From contig JAFRUW010000250.1 in assembly GCA_017438675.1 (NCBI GenBank), positions 1-24,855 on the forward strand: a DNA stretch of 24,855 nucleotides. Reading direction: 5' to 3'. The position numbers were made by a program, and so were the translations under genes. This document shows positions 15,824 to 24,855 of this stretch, in pieces (position 1 is the stretch's first letter; every line of letters begins with the position of its first letter). The DNA is from Oscillospiraceae bacterium. Its GTDB lineage: Bacteria > Bacillota > Clostridia > Oscillospirales > Oscillospiraceae. Under the pieces are notes generated by a model that did no database searches, was not told where the DNA came from, and worked only from the letters and a program-made list of their open reading frames with translations.

Positions 15824-17170
15824 ATGGAAAAGGTCAAACCGCGCACTTTATCGGGGTTTATGGAGCTGCTTCCGGCACGCCAGACCCAGATGGAGCGCAT
15901 TATGGAAATACTGCGCCGTACATATTCCCTGTACGGCTTTACGCCCCTTGACACACCGGTCATCGAGTCTGCCGAGGTGCTTCTTGCCAAGGGCGGCGGA
16001 GAAACGGAAAAGCAGATCTACCGCTTCACCAAGGGCGACAGCGATCTTGCCCTCCGTTTCGATCTCACCGTGCCTCTGGCGAAGTACATCGCCCAGAATT
16101 ACGGTCAGCTGGTCTTCCCCTTCCGCAGATACCAGATCGGCAAGGTCTACCGCGGCGAGAGGGCCCAGAGGGGCCGCTTCAGGGAGTTCTATCAGGCTGA
16201 TATCGACATCATCGGCGACGGTGAGCTGGATATTATAAACGAGGCCGAGATCCCCAGCATCATTTACAAGACCTTCAACGCCCTGGGCCTTAAGCGGTTC
16301 GTGATCCGCGTCAACAACCGGAAGGTGCTGAACGGACTCTTTGAGGTTCTCGGACTGAAGGACAAGGCCACGGACGTGATGCACATAATCGACAAGCTGG
16401 ACAAGATAGGGAAAGACAAGGTCCTGGCCTGCCTCACCGATGATCTGGGCGTTCCCGGGGAAACAGGTGAAAAGCTTATGACCGTTCTGGAGAGCAATGA
16501 CCCCATAGCGGCTCTTGAACCCTACGTGGGTGTGAGCGGGGTCTTTGACGAGGGACTGGATGAGCTCAAAACAGTTGCAGGGCACCTTGAGGGCTTCGGC
16601 ATCCCGGCGGAGAACTTCAAAATCGACCTGACCATCGCAAGGGGCCTTGACTACTACACCGGCACGGTGTACGAGACCACCATGCTTGACCATCCCGAGA
16701 TCGGCTCCGTCTGCTCCGGCGGACGGTACGACGATCTGGCGGAGTACTATACGGACAAAAAGCTCCCGGGCGTGGGCATTTCCATAGGTCTCACAAGGCT
16801 GTTCTTCGTCCTTGAGGATCAGGGCTACCTGAACGACGAGCTGCTTTCCGCTCCCGCCGATGCGCTTATCCTCCCCATGACTGACGATATGGCTCAGGCG
16901 GTGGAGCTTGCCACATACCTGAGAGACAGGGGCATAAGGACCCAGCTCCACTGCGAGAAGAAAAAGTTCAAGGCAAAGATGAATTACGCCAACAAGCTTA
17001 AGATACCCTTTGTCATCTTCATCGGCGAGGACGAGATAGCGGGGCACAAGGCAAGCGTCAAGAACATGACCACCGGCGAACAGCAGCTTCTCACTTATGA
17101 AGAGGCGGCGGCGGTCATCGGGACAGGAATCGGCGCGCTTAACAGCGGTACGGTAATAAACGACAGATAA
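15824..17170 (+). CDS. hisS: Histidine--tRNA ligase
   Basis: PRTLSGFMELLP, LALRFDLTVPLA, YQIGKVYRGERAQRGRFREFYQADIDIIG, ARGLDYYTG, GGRYD; ATG 15824 after GAAAGGA. Confidence 0.97.
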   Translation: MEKVKPRTLSGFMELLPARQTQMERIMEILRRTYSLYGFTPLDTPVIESAEVLLAKGGGETEKQIYRFTKGDSDLALRFDLTVPLAKYIAQNYGQLVFPFRRYQIGKVYRGERAQRGRFREFYQADIDIIGDGELDIINEAEIPSIIYKTFNALGLKRFVIRVNNRKVLNGLFEVLGLKDKATDVMHIIDKLDKIGKDKVLACLTDDLGVPGETGEKLMTVLESNDPIAALEPYVGVSGVFDEGLDELKTVAGHLEGFGIPAENFKIDLTIARGLDYYTGTVYETTMLDHPEIGSVCSGGRYDDLAEYYTDKKLPGVGISIGLTRLFFVLEDQGYLNDELLSAPADALILPMTDDMAQAVELATYLRDRGIRTQLHCEKKKFKAKMNYANKLKIPFVIFIGEDEIAGHKASVKNMTTGEQQLLTYEEAAAVIGTGIGALNSGTVINDR

Positions 17171-17185
17171 TAGAGGTTTACAGAT

Positions 17186-18967
17186 ATGGATACAATGAAC
17201 GGATTCAAGCGCTCCTGCTACTGCGGTGAGCCGAGACTTACAGACGTGGGCAAGGAGATTTCGGTATGCGGCTGGGTACAGCGCAGCCGTGACCTGGGCA
17301 GCCTGATTTTCACCGACCTGAGAGACAGGACCGGCATCATTCAGCTTGCTTTTGACGACACGGTCTCCGATGAGATATTTAAAAAGGCCGGCACCCTGAG
17401 GGCGGAATTTGTCGTCGCCGCGAAGGGCATCCTGAGGGAGCGTTCCTCCAAGAATTTCGATATCCCCACAGGCGAGGTGGAGCTCGATGTCAAGGAGCTC
17501 CGCATCCTTGCGAAGGCTGAGACTCCGCCCTTTGAGATCGTGGAGAACAGCGACGTCAACGATATGCTCCGCCTGAAGTACAGGTATCTGGACCTTCGCC
17601 GTCCAGACATGCAGAGGACAATTGCCATGCGTCACAGGGTTGCGAAGATCGCAAGGGACTATTTCGACGAGAACGGCTTCTATGAGATAGAGACCCCCAT
17701 GCTCACAAAGAGCACACCCGAGGGCGCAAGAGACTATCTGGTGCCCAGCCGCGTGAGACCCGGCACCTTCTACGCCCTGCCCCAGTCCCCCCAGCAGTAC
17801 AAGCAGCTTCTCATGCTCTCCGGCTTCGACCGCTACATGCAGATCGTCCGCTGCTTCAGGGACGAGGATCTTCGTGCCGACCGTCAGCCCGAGTTTACAC
17901 AGATCGACCTTGAGATGTCATTTGTGGATATCGACGATGTCATTTCCGTAAACGAGGGATTTATAAAGAGAGTTTTCAAGGATGTCCTGAATGTGGACGT
18001 TGAGACCCCCTTCCTCCGTATGCCCTGGCGTGAGGCAATGGACCGCTTCGGCTCCGACAAGCCTGATCTCCGTTTCGGCATCGAGCTGAAGGATATAAAC
18101 GACATCGTAAAGGACTGCGGTTTCAAGGTGTTCAGCGGCCCTGCCTCCTCCGGCGGTTCCGTAAGGCTTATCTGCGTCCCCGGCGGCGCGGAAAAGTTCC
18201 CCCGGAAGCAGATCGACCAGCTTGTGGAATTTGTCAAGACCTACGGCGCAAAGGGACTCGCCTGGACAAGGCTGGGTGAGAACACCACATCCTCCTACGC
18301 CAAGTTCCTCACAGAAGAGGAAAACGCCGCCATCCTTGAGCGGGCGGAAGCCAAGCCCGGCGACCTGGTGCTCATCGTTGCCGACGGAAAGGACAGCGTG
18401 GTGTTCGCCTCCCTGGGCGCTCTCCGCTGCGAGATCGCAAAGCGTCTGGGCCTCACACGGAAGGACGATTACAAGTTCCTGTGGGTGACGGAATTCCCCA
18501 TGTTCGAGTTCTCCGAAGAGGAAAACCGCTACGTGGCAATGCATCATCCCTTTACCGCCCCCATGGACGAGGATAAGGACAAGCTGGAGAGCGACAAGGC
18601 TTCCTGCCGCGCGAAGGCTTATGATATCGTGCTGAACGGCACAGAGCTGGGCGGCGGTTCCATCAGGATCAATACCCCCGAGATGCAGGAATCCATGTTC
18701 CGCGCACTGGGCTTCACCGACGAGGACGCAAACGCCCGGTTCAGCCATCTGATAAACGCTTTCCGTTACGGCGCGCCTCCCCACGGCGGCATGGCATACG
18801 GTCTTGACCGTCTGGTGATGCTCATGACCGGCGCCGATTCCATCAGGGACGTAATTGCCTTCCCCAAGGTGCAGAATGCCAGCGAGCCCATGACCGGCTG
18901 CCCCGACGTGGTAGACGAAAAGCAGCTTGAGGAGCTGAGCATCGCCCTTGTGAAAAAGGAACAGTAA
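17186..18967 (+). CDS. aspS: Aspartate--tRNA ligase (bacterial type with GAD insertion)
   Basis: LRLKYRYLDLRR, STPEGARDY, ALPQSPQ, CFRDEDLRADRQPEFTQIDLEMSF, HHPFT, ELGGGSIRI, GAPPHGGMAYGLDR. Confidence 0.97.
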   Translation: MDTMNGFKRSCYCGEPRLTDVGKEISVCGWVQRSRDLGSLIFTDLRDRTGIIQLAFDDTVSDEIFKKAGTLRAEFVVAAKGILRERSSKNFDIPTGEVELDVKELRILAKAETPPFEIVENSDVNDMLRLKYRYLDLRRPDMQRTIAMRHRVAKIARDYFDENGFYEIETPMLTKSTPEGARDYLVPSRVRPGTFYALPQSPQQYKQLLMLSGFDRYMQIVRCFRDEDLRADRQPEFTQIDLEMSFVDIDDVISVNEGFIKRVFKDVLNVDVETPFLRMPWREAMDRFGSDKPDLRFGIELKDINDIVKDCGFKVFSGPASSGGSVRLICVPGGAEKFPRKQIDQLVEFVKTYGAKGLAWTRLGENTTSSYAKFLTEEENAAILERAEAKPGDLVLIVADGKDSVVFASLGALRCEIAKRLGLTRKDDYKFLWVTEFPMFEFSEEENRYVAMHHPFTAPMDEDKDKLESDKASCRAKAYDIVLNGTELGGGSIRINTPEMQESMFRALGFTDEDANARFSHLINAFRYGAPPHGGMAYGLDRLVMLMTGADSIRDVIAFPKVQNASEPMTGCPDVVDEKQLEELSIALVKKEQ

Positions 18968-18981
18968 CAAAACAAGGTAAC

Positions 18982-19008
18982 AAAAACCCGCCGAAAGGCG
19001 GGTTTTTT
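18982..19008 (+). terminator. Intrinsic terminator of hisS-aspS
   Basis: AAAAACCCGCC-GAAA-GGCGGGTTTTTT. Confidence 0.9.
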
Positions 19009-19076
19009 GAGCGGATTTGAGACGGATTTCTTATCAATCGCTTGTGCGGTATTTTGCCGTGTCAGGTTTCACCTTT

Positions 19077-19104
19077 GTAGGGGCGGGCCTCCGCGCCCGC
19101 CCGC
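19077..19104 (+). repeat. GTAG-type REP-like palindrome
   Basis: GTAG-GGGCGGGC-CTCCGC-GCCCGCCC-GC. Confidence 0.7.
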
Positions 19105-19114
19105 TTTTCATAAC

Positions 19115-19141
19115 GTTGTTTAATTCCCCGAATTAAAAATA
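19115..19141. repeat. Degenerate third copy of the 27-bp palindrome
   Basis: gTTgTTTAATTC-ccc-GAATTAAAAAta; 8-bp perfect core stem and 3-nt spacer as at 733 and 23299. Confidence 0.55.
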
Positions 19142-19164
19142 CCGTCATTTTTCATTTGTTCCTC

Positions 19165-19381
19165 CGCTCATGCCGCGGGGCACATCCTTTCCCGTTCGTG
19201 GGAAAGGATGCAAAGCACACCAAAGGCGTTCCCCCTTTGGAAACCCCCGGCAGAAACAAATCGTTCGTCCGGTTATGAACTATGTATTACGAATACGCCG
19301 GTGCGGTATCCCAGAACCTTAATAGTCTCTGCGACTAACGTACGCTGAACGCTCCTGCTCTGTTGTTTTTATGCGGTGTCT
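19165..19381 (-). repeat. ~220-bp structured dispersed element, copy 2
   Basis: Reverse complement aligns along 15491-15710, including a 37-bp perfect block GGCACATCCTTTCCCGTTCGTGGGAAAGGATGCAAAG. Confidence 0.88.
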
Positions 19382-19384
19382 CGC

Positions 19385-19410
19385 GGGCGGATGTGGGCAT
19401 CCGCCCCTAC
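19385..19410 (-). repeat. GTAG-type REP-like palindrome
   Basis: Minus strand GTAG-GGGCGGATG-CCCA-CATCCGCCC. Confidence 0.7.
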
Positions 19411-19475
19411 GTGTTGGATCGCAGATTATCCTTCTATTGTCCGTGCGGCGGTTATCCGAATCGGCACCGTCGGCA

Positions 19476-19500
19476 GGCGGGCAGAATGGCCCGCCCATAC
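19476..19500 (-). repeat. REP-like palindrome, GTAT variant
   Basis: Minus strand GTAT-GGGCGGGC-CATTCT-GCCCGCC. Confidence 0.55.
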
Positions 19501-19558
19501 ATGATTGATCTGATACTCAGCGCGGCAATACGCACCGCACAACGCCGGCAAAAAACCA

Positions 19559-19587
19559 TTGACAAGAACGTCAAAAAATGATAACCT
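19559..19587 (+). promoter_or_regulatory. Sigma-A promoter of the pyr operon
   Basis: TTGACA (19559-19564), 17 bp, TGaTAACCT (-10 at 19582-19587). Confidence 0.7.
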
Positions 19588-19622
19588 AACTTGAAGGAAA
19601 TATTACGGTAAAGGATACTGAA

Positions 19623-20816
19623 ATGGGATTTAATGTGATTTCACCCGAGAATGTAATAAGAAAAACCGATCTTGACGCTATCGGTATCATTGACGTTCAT
19701 AAATATACTGTTTTTCCCGGTTTCGCAGATGTACACGTTCATTTGCGGGAGCCGGGTTTTTTTTATAAGGAGACCGTAAAAACCGGCACCATGGCGGCGG
19801 CAAGGGGAGGCTACACCCACGTCCTCACCATGGCGAACCTGAACCCCGTCCCCGACTGCTTCGATACACTTAAACCCCAGCTTGACATCATAGAGCGGGA
19901 CGCGGTGATAAACGTCACCCCCTTCGGCGCAATAACCGTGGGCGAGAAGGGTGAAACACTGGCCGACCTTCGGGAAATGGCGCCCTATACTGCGGGGTTT
20001 TCCGATGACGGCAGGGGCGTCCAGGACAGGGAGATGATGCGCCGGGCTATGACCGAGGCGAAGAGGCTTGGGAAGGTCATCTCCGCCCACTGCGAGGACA
20101 ACAGCCTTCTTCACGGCGGCTGCATCCACGAGGGGAAATACGCCGCGGAGCACGGCTTTACCGGCATATCCTCAGCAAGCGAATGGGCGCAGATCGCCCG
20201 TGACGTGGAGCTGGCTTATGAAACGGGCTGCAAATACCACGTCTGCCACGTTTCCACAAAGGAGAGCGTGGAGATAATCCGCAAGGCGAAGGCCGTGGGC
20301 GTTGACGTCACCTGTGAGACGGCGCCCCACTATCTTGTGCTCTGCGACAGCGATCTTCAGGATCTGGGCAGATTCAAGATGAACCCGCCTCTGCGTGACG
20401 CAAGAGACAGGGAAGCCCTTATCGAAGGCGTCGTCGACGGCACAATCGACATGATAGCCACGGATCACGCCCCCCATTCCGCCCAGGAGAAATCAAAAGG
20501 ACTGAAGGGCAGCCTCATGGGTGTTGTGGGGCTGGAGACGGCGTTTCCCGTCCTTTACACGGAGCTTGTGAAAAAGGGCGTCATCAGCCTGGAAAAGCTG
20601 GTGCGGCTCCTTACAGTAAACCCCCGGAAGCGGTTCGGGCTGCCCCTTGATGAAGGGCTCAGCGTCTGGGATCTGGATGCGGAGTACGACATCGACCCCG
20701 GGGAGTTTCTCACCATGGGCAGGGCGACGCCGTTTGAGGGACGGCGCGTTTTCGGGCGCTGCGTCATGACGGTCCTTGACGGTAAGATCGTTTACAGAGA
20801 CGGGAGGTATGTATGA
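19623..20816 (+). CDS. pyrC: Dihydroorotase (type I)
   Basis: PGFADVHVHLREPG, FSDDG, HCED, HVCHVST, KMNPPLR, ATDHAPH. Confidence 0.95.
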   Translation: MGFNVISPENVIRKTDLDAIGIIDVHKYTVFPGFADVHVHLREPGFFYKETVKTGTMAAARGGYTHVLTMANLNPVPDCFDTLKPQLDIIERDAVINVTPFGAITVGEKGETLADLREMAPYTAGFSDDGRGVQDREMMRRAMTEAKRLGKVISAHCEDNSLLHGGCIHEGKYAAEHGFTGISSASEWAQIARDVELAYETGCKYHVCHVSTKESVEIIRKAKAVGVDVTCETAPHYLVLCDSDLQDLGRFKMNPPLRDARDREALIEGVVDGTIDMIATDHAPHSAQEKSKGLKGSLMGVVGLETAFPVLYTELVKKGVISLEKLVRLLTVNPRKRFGLPLDEGLSVWDLDAEYDIDPGEFLTMGRATPFEGRRVFGRCVMTVLDGKIVYRDGRYV

Positions 20817-21544
20817 AAAAAGAACGGACATTCGGGATAGTAAAAAATACCGCCCTGACCCGGGACGTGTTTGAAATGGTGCTGACGGGGGACAGCGGTG
20901 AGATCACCCGGCCCGGTCAGTTTGTGAATATAAGCCTGCCGGAGCTTTATCTGAGGAGGCCCATATCCGTCTGCGACTGGACGGAGAACACCCTCACCTT
21001 AGTGTATAAGGTGGTGGGGAAGGGCACCGATCTGATGAGCAGGATGGAGCCGGGGGAAAAGCTCGGTATTCTCACCGGCCTCGGCAACGGCTACAAGTGG
21101 GAAGATACGGAAAAGCCTCTCCTTATCGGCGGCGGCGTGGGTGTGCCGCCCCTCTACGGTCTGGCAAAAAGGCTCACAGACGCCGGGAAGGACGTAACCG
21201 TCATCCTCGGTTTCAATACGGCGGGCGAGGTCTTTTACAAGGACGAGTTTGAAAAGCTGGGAGCCGGGGTCATCGTCACCACGGTTGACGGCAGCATGGG
21301 GATAAAGGGCTTTGCCGCAGCTCCTATGGCTGATATTGAGTACGATCATTACTTCTGCTGCGGCCCCATGCCGATGCTGAAAGCGGTGTGGAGCGCGGCG
21401 AAATCCCCCGGTCAGCTCAGCTTCGAGGAACGCATGGGCTGCGGCTTCGGCGCATGCATGGGCTGCACCGTAAAGACGAAAAACGGAAACAAGCGTATAT
21501 GCAAGGATGGGCCTGTTTTAGACAGTGAGGAAATATTGTGGTAA
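20813..21544 (+). CDS. pyrK: Dihydroorotate dehydrogenase electron transfer subunit
   Basis: RPGQFV, LRRPIS, GLGNG, IGGGVGVPP, EERMGCGFGACMGC...RICKDGPV (2Fe-2S). Confidence 0.95.
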   Translation: MKKERTFGIVKNTALTRDVFEMVLTGDSGEITRPGQFVNISLPELYLRRPISVCDWTENTLTLVYKVVGKGTDLMSRMEPGEKLGILTGLGNGYKWEDTEKPLLIGGGVGVPPLYGLAKRLTDAGKDVTVILGFNTAGEVFYKDEFEKLGAGVIVTTVDGSMGIKGFAAAPMADIEYDHYFCCGPMPMLKAVWSAAKSPGQLSFEERMGCGFGACMGCTVKTKNGNKRICKDGPVLDSEEILW

Positions 21545-22584
<1,040 letters not shown>

Positions 22585-22585
<1 letters not shown>

Positions 22586-23283
22586 TGGGTAAGGACGTAA
22601 TAATCGCATGTGATTTCAGCAGCAAGGAACAGGTAATGAGTTTTCTGGACAGGTTCGGGGACGTAAAGCCCTTTATCAAGATCGGCATGGAGCTTTATTT
22701 TGCCGAAGGGCCGGACATTGTCCGGGAGCTGAAGGCAAGGGGGCACAAAATTTTCCTGGATCTCAAGTGCCACGACATACCCAACACGGTAAAAAAGACC
22801 ATGAGCGTTTTAAGCCGTCTGGATGTGGACATCACGAACCTCCACGCCTCCGGCGGGTCCGCCATGATGAAGGCGGCGCTGGAGGGACTCACAAGGCCCG
22901 ACGGCACAAGGCCGCTTCTTATCGCGGTGACCCAGCTCACCTCCACAAGTCAGGAGGTAATGAACGAGGAACTGAAGATCGCCGGCGACATAAACGACGT
23001 GATCTCAAGCTACGCATTGAACGCGAAAGACTCCGGCGTTGACGGCGTTGTGTGCTCACCCCTTGAGGCGGGCAAGATCCACGACGTCTGCGGAAGCGGA
23101 TTCCTGACCGTCACCCCCGGCGTGAGATTCGACGACGCCTCCAAGGGGGATCAGTCAAGGATCGCCACTCCGGCGAGGGCGAAGGAGCTGGGTTCGGACT
23201 ACATCGTGGTTGGCAGACCCATCACCGCCGCCGAAGACCCGGTTGCGGCGTATGAGCGGTGCGTGAGAGAGTTTGTCGATTGA
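22585..23283 (+). CDS. pyrF: Orotidine-5'-phosphate decarboxylase
   Basis: IIACDF, KIGMEL, FLDLKCHDIPNT, VTQLTS, TPGVR, DQSR, VVGRPIT. Confidence 0.96.
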
Positions 23284-23298
23284 ATGGCAAATTGAGGT

Positions 23299-23325
23299 AT
23301 TTTTTAATTTGTGGAATTAAAAAAT
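23299..23325. repeat. 27-bp palindrome between pyrF and pyrE, copy of the 733-759 motif
   Basis: ATTTTTTAATTT-gtg-GAATTAAAAAAT; 21/27 identical to 733-759. Confidence 0.75.
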
Positions 23326-23337
23326 GAGGTTTGAAAA

Positions 23338-23358
23338 GCCTCCTTTACACAAGGGGGC
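23338..23358. repeat. Short hairpin resembling the one upstream of hisS
   Basis: GCCTCCTT-tacac-AAGGGGGC versus GCCTCCCTT-tttaa-AAGGGAG at 15745-15765. Confidence 0.45.
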
Positions 23359-23396
23359 CTTTGGAAGGTTAATACTGCTTACAGGAGGAACATAAC

Positions 23397-24035
23397 ATGG
23401 AAAGAATCATTGCAAAAGACCTGCTCAGTATCGGTGCGGTATTCTTCCGCCCGGACGAGCCCTTCACATGGGCAAGCGGAATAAAGAGCCCGGTTTACTG
23501 CGACAACCGCCTCACACTGACAGCGCCGATGGTGCGCAATGACGTGGAGATGGCGCTGGCCCACACCATTCGTACTAAATTCCCGGAGACAGAGGTCATT
23601 ATGGGCACCGCCACCGCAGGTATCGCCCACGCCGCCATCACTGCGGACATTTTGGGGCTCCCCATGGGGTACGTCCGCTCCGGCAGCAAGGATCACGGCA
23701 GGCAGAACCAGATCGAGGGCAGGCTTGAGCCGGGTCAGAAGGTGGTCATCGTGGAGGATCTGATCTCCACCGGCGGCAGCGTTATTAAGACGGCCGAGGC
23801 TCTGAGGGAAGCCGGGGCGGAGGTCCTGGGAATCGTCAGCATTTTCACCTACGGCATGCAGAAGGGCCTTGACAGGCTCAAGGAGGCCGGACTTGTTAAT
23901 TACAGCCTTACGAACTTCGACTGCATCGCACAGGTGGCGGCGGAGACCGGCTATATCAAGGACAGCGACATTGCCCGCCTCATCGCTTTCAGGAACAACC
24001 CCTCGGATGAGAGCTGGATCGGGGGCGCGAAATGA
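23397..24035 (+). CDS. pyrE: Orotate phosphoribosyltransferase
   Basis: [49 protein letters not shown]. Confidence 0.96.
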   Translation: MERIIAKDLLSIGAVFFRPDEPFTWASGIKSPVYCDNRLTLTAPMVRNDVEMALAHTIRTKFPETEVIMGTATAGIAHAAITADILGLPMGYVRSGSKDHGRQNQIEGRLEPGQKVVIVEDLISTGGSVIKTAEALREAGAEVLGIVSIFTYGMQKGLDRLKEAGLVNYSLTNFDCIAQVAAETGYIKDSDIARLIAFRNNPSDESWIGGAK

Positions 24036-24855
24036 AGCACCTCTTAGATATTCTCGACCTGTCCACACAGGAGCTTGATGAACTCATCAAAACGGCCAAC
24101 GACATCATCTTAAATCCCGCGAAGTACAGCGAAAAATGCCGGGGCAAAAAGCTTGCCACCCTGTTTTTCGAGCCGTCAACAAGGACCCGTCTCAGCTTTG
24201 AGGCGGCCATGTACGAGCTGGGGGGCAATGTGCTGGGCTTTTCCGAGGCCAACAGCTCCTCCGCGGCCAAGGGTGAGAGCGTGGCCGATACGGCAAAGAC
24301 CGTGTCCTGCTACGCGGACATTATCGCCATGCGCCACCCCAAAGAGGGCGCACCGAGAGTGGCGGCGGCAAGCGGCAGCGTCCCTGTGATAAACGCCGGC
24401 GACGGCGGTCACAATCACCCCACACAGACCCTGGCGGACATGCTGACCATCCAGAGGGAGAAGGGGGGCTTTTCCGGCCTGACGGTGGGCTTCTGCGGCG
24501 ACCTGAAATTCGGCAGGACGGTCCATTCCCTGCTTATGGCCCTGTCAAGATACGAAAACAACAGGATGATCCTCATCTCTCCCGACGAGCTCCGCATCCC
24601 CGGCTACGTGAGATATGACATCCTTGAGAAGAACAACGTGGAATACGCGGAGTCGGAGAGCCTTGAAGAGGTTATGCCCCAGCTTGATATACTTTACATG
24701 ACGAGAGTTCAGAGGGAGCGGTTCTTCAACGAGGAGGACTACCTCCGCTTAAAGGACAGCTATATCCTCACCACCGAAAAACTCAAAACAGCAAAGAGCG
24801 ATCTCGCCATCATGCACCCGCTGCCCAGAGTCAACGAGATACGCGTCTCGGTGGA
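24032..24855 (+). CDS. pyrB: Aspartate carbamoyltransferase catalytic subunit (truncated by window edge; not in ORF track)
   Basis: ATG overlaps the pyrE stop (ATGA); [10 protein letters not shown]...[64 protein letters not shown]. Confidence 0.96.
   Translation, partial: MKHLLDILDLSTQELDELIKTANDIILNPAKYSEKCRGKKLATLFFEPSTRTRLSFEAAMYELGGNVLGFSEANSSSAAKGESVADTAKTVSCYADIIAMRHPKEGAPRVAAASGSVPVINAGDGGHNHPTQTLADMLTIQREKGGFSGLTVGFCGDLKFGRTVHSLLMALSRYENNRMILISPDELRIPGYVRYDILEKNNVEYAESESLEEVMPQLDILYMTRVQRERFFNEEDYLRLKDSYILTTEKLKTAKSDLAIMHPLPRVNEIRVSV

Noticed and set aside
18964-18985. Direct repeat GTAACAAAA x2 after the aspS stop
   Set aside because: Only 9 bp, A-rich and overlapping the terminator; likely trivial
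19588-19622. Nucleotide-sensitive start-site switching or reiterative transcription in the pyr leader
   Set aside because: No T or C run at the predicted start and no hairpin able to occlude the RBS

Overview
Mostly housekeeping chromosome from a moderately GC-rich Bacillota bacterium (Clostridia, probably Oscillospiraceae-like; inferred from gene content and order). In order: a minus-strand TM1266-family regulator and hydG ([FeFe]-hydrogenase maturase, runs off the left edge and is absent from the ORF track); a plus-strand MATE / CDF / FeoA-FeoB fusion / small Cys-rich protein metal-transport block; a minus-strand alpha/beta hydrolase; a small YtxH-like ORF; U32-family protein, maf, mreC, mreD, PBP2; minD, mgsA; hisS, aspS; and pyrC-pyrK-pyrD-pyrF-pyrE-pyrB (pyrB runs off the right edge, also not in the track). 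I found no CRISPR array, tRNA, rRNA, transposase or recognisable defence gene. The most interesting signals are non-coding. (1) A ~180-nt promoter-to-terminator leader upstream of TM1266-hydG can be folded by hand into terminator, antiterminator and anti-antiterminator helices, has an internal 19-20-nt tandem repeat, and matches no RNA family I recognise. (2) A 165-bp imperfect palindrome lies directly behind that terminator. (3) A 27-bp palindrome recurs at three distant intergenic sites with a compensatory change. (4) Two inverted copies of a ~220-bp structured element, with GTAG-type REPs, bracket hisS-aspS, where a T-box would normally be expected. Several proteins also carry substitutions in conserved motifs (FeoB G1 Asn->Tyr, MgsA lacking PHEPD, U32 lacking NRG/KIEGR). 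All alignments and folds were done by eye; no database searches were run.
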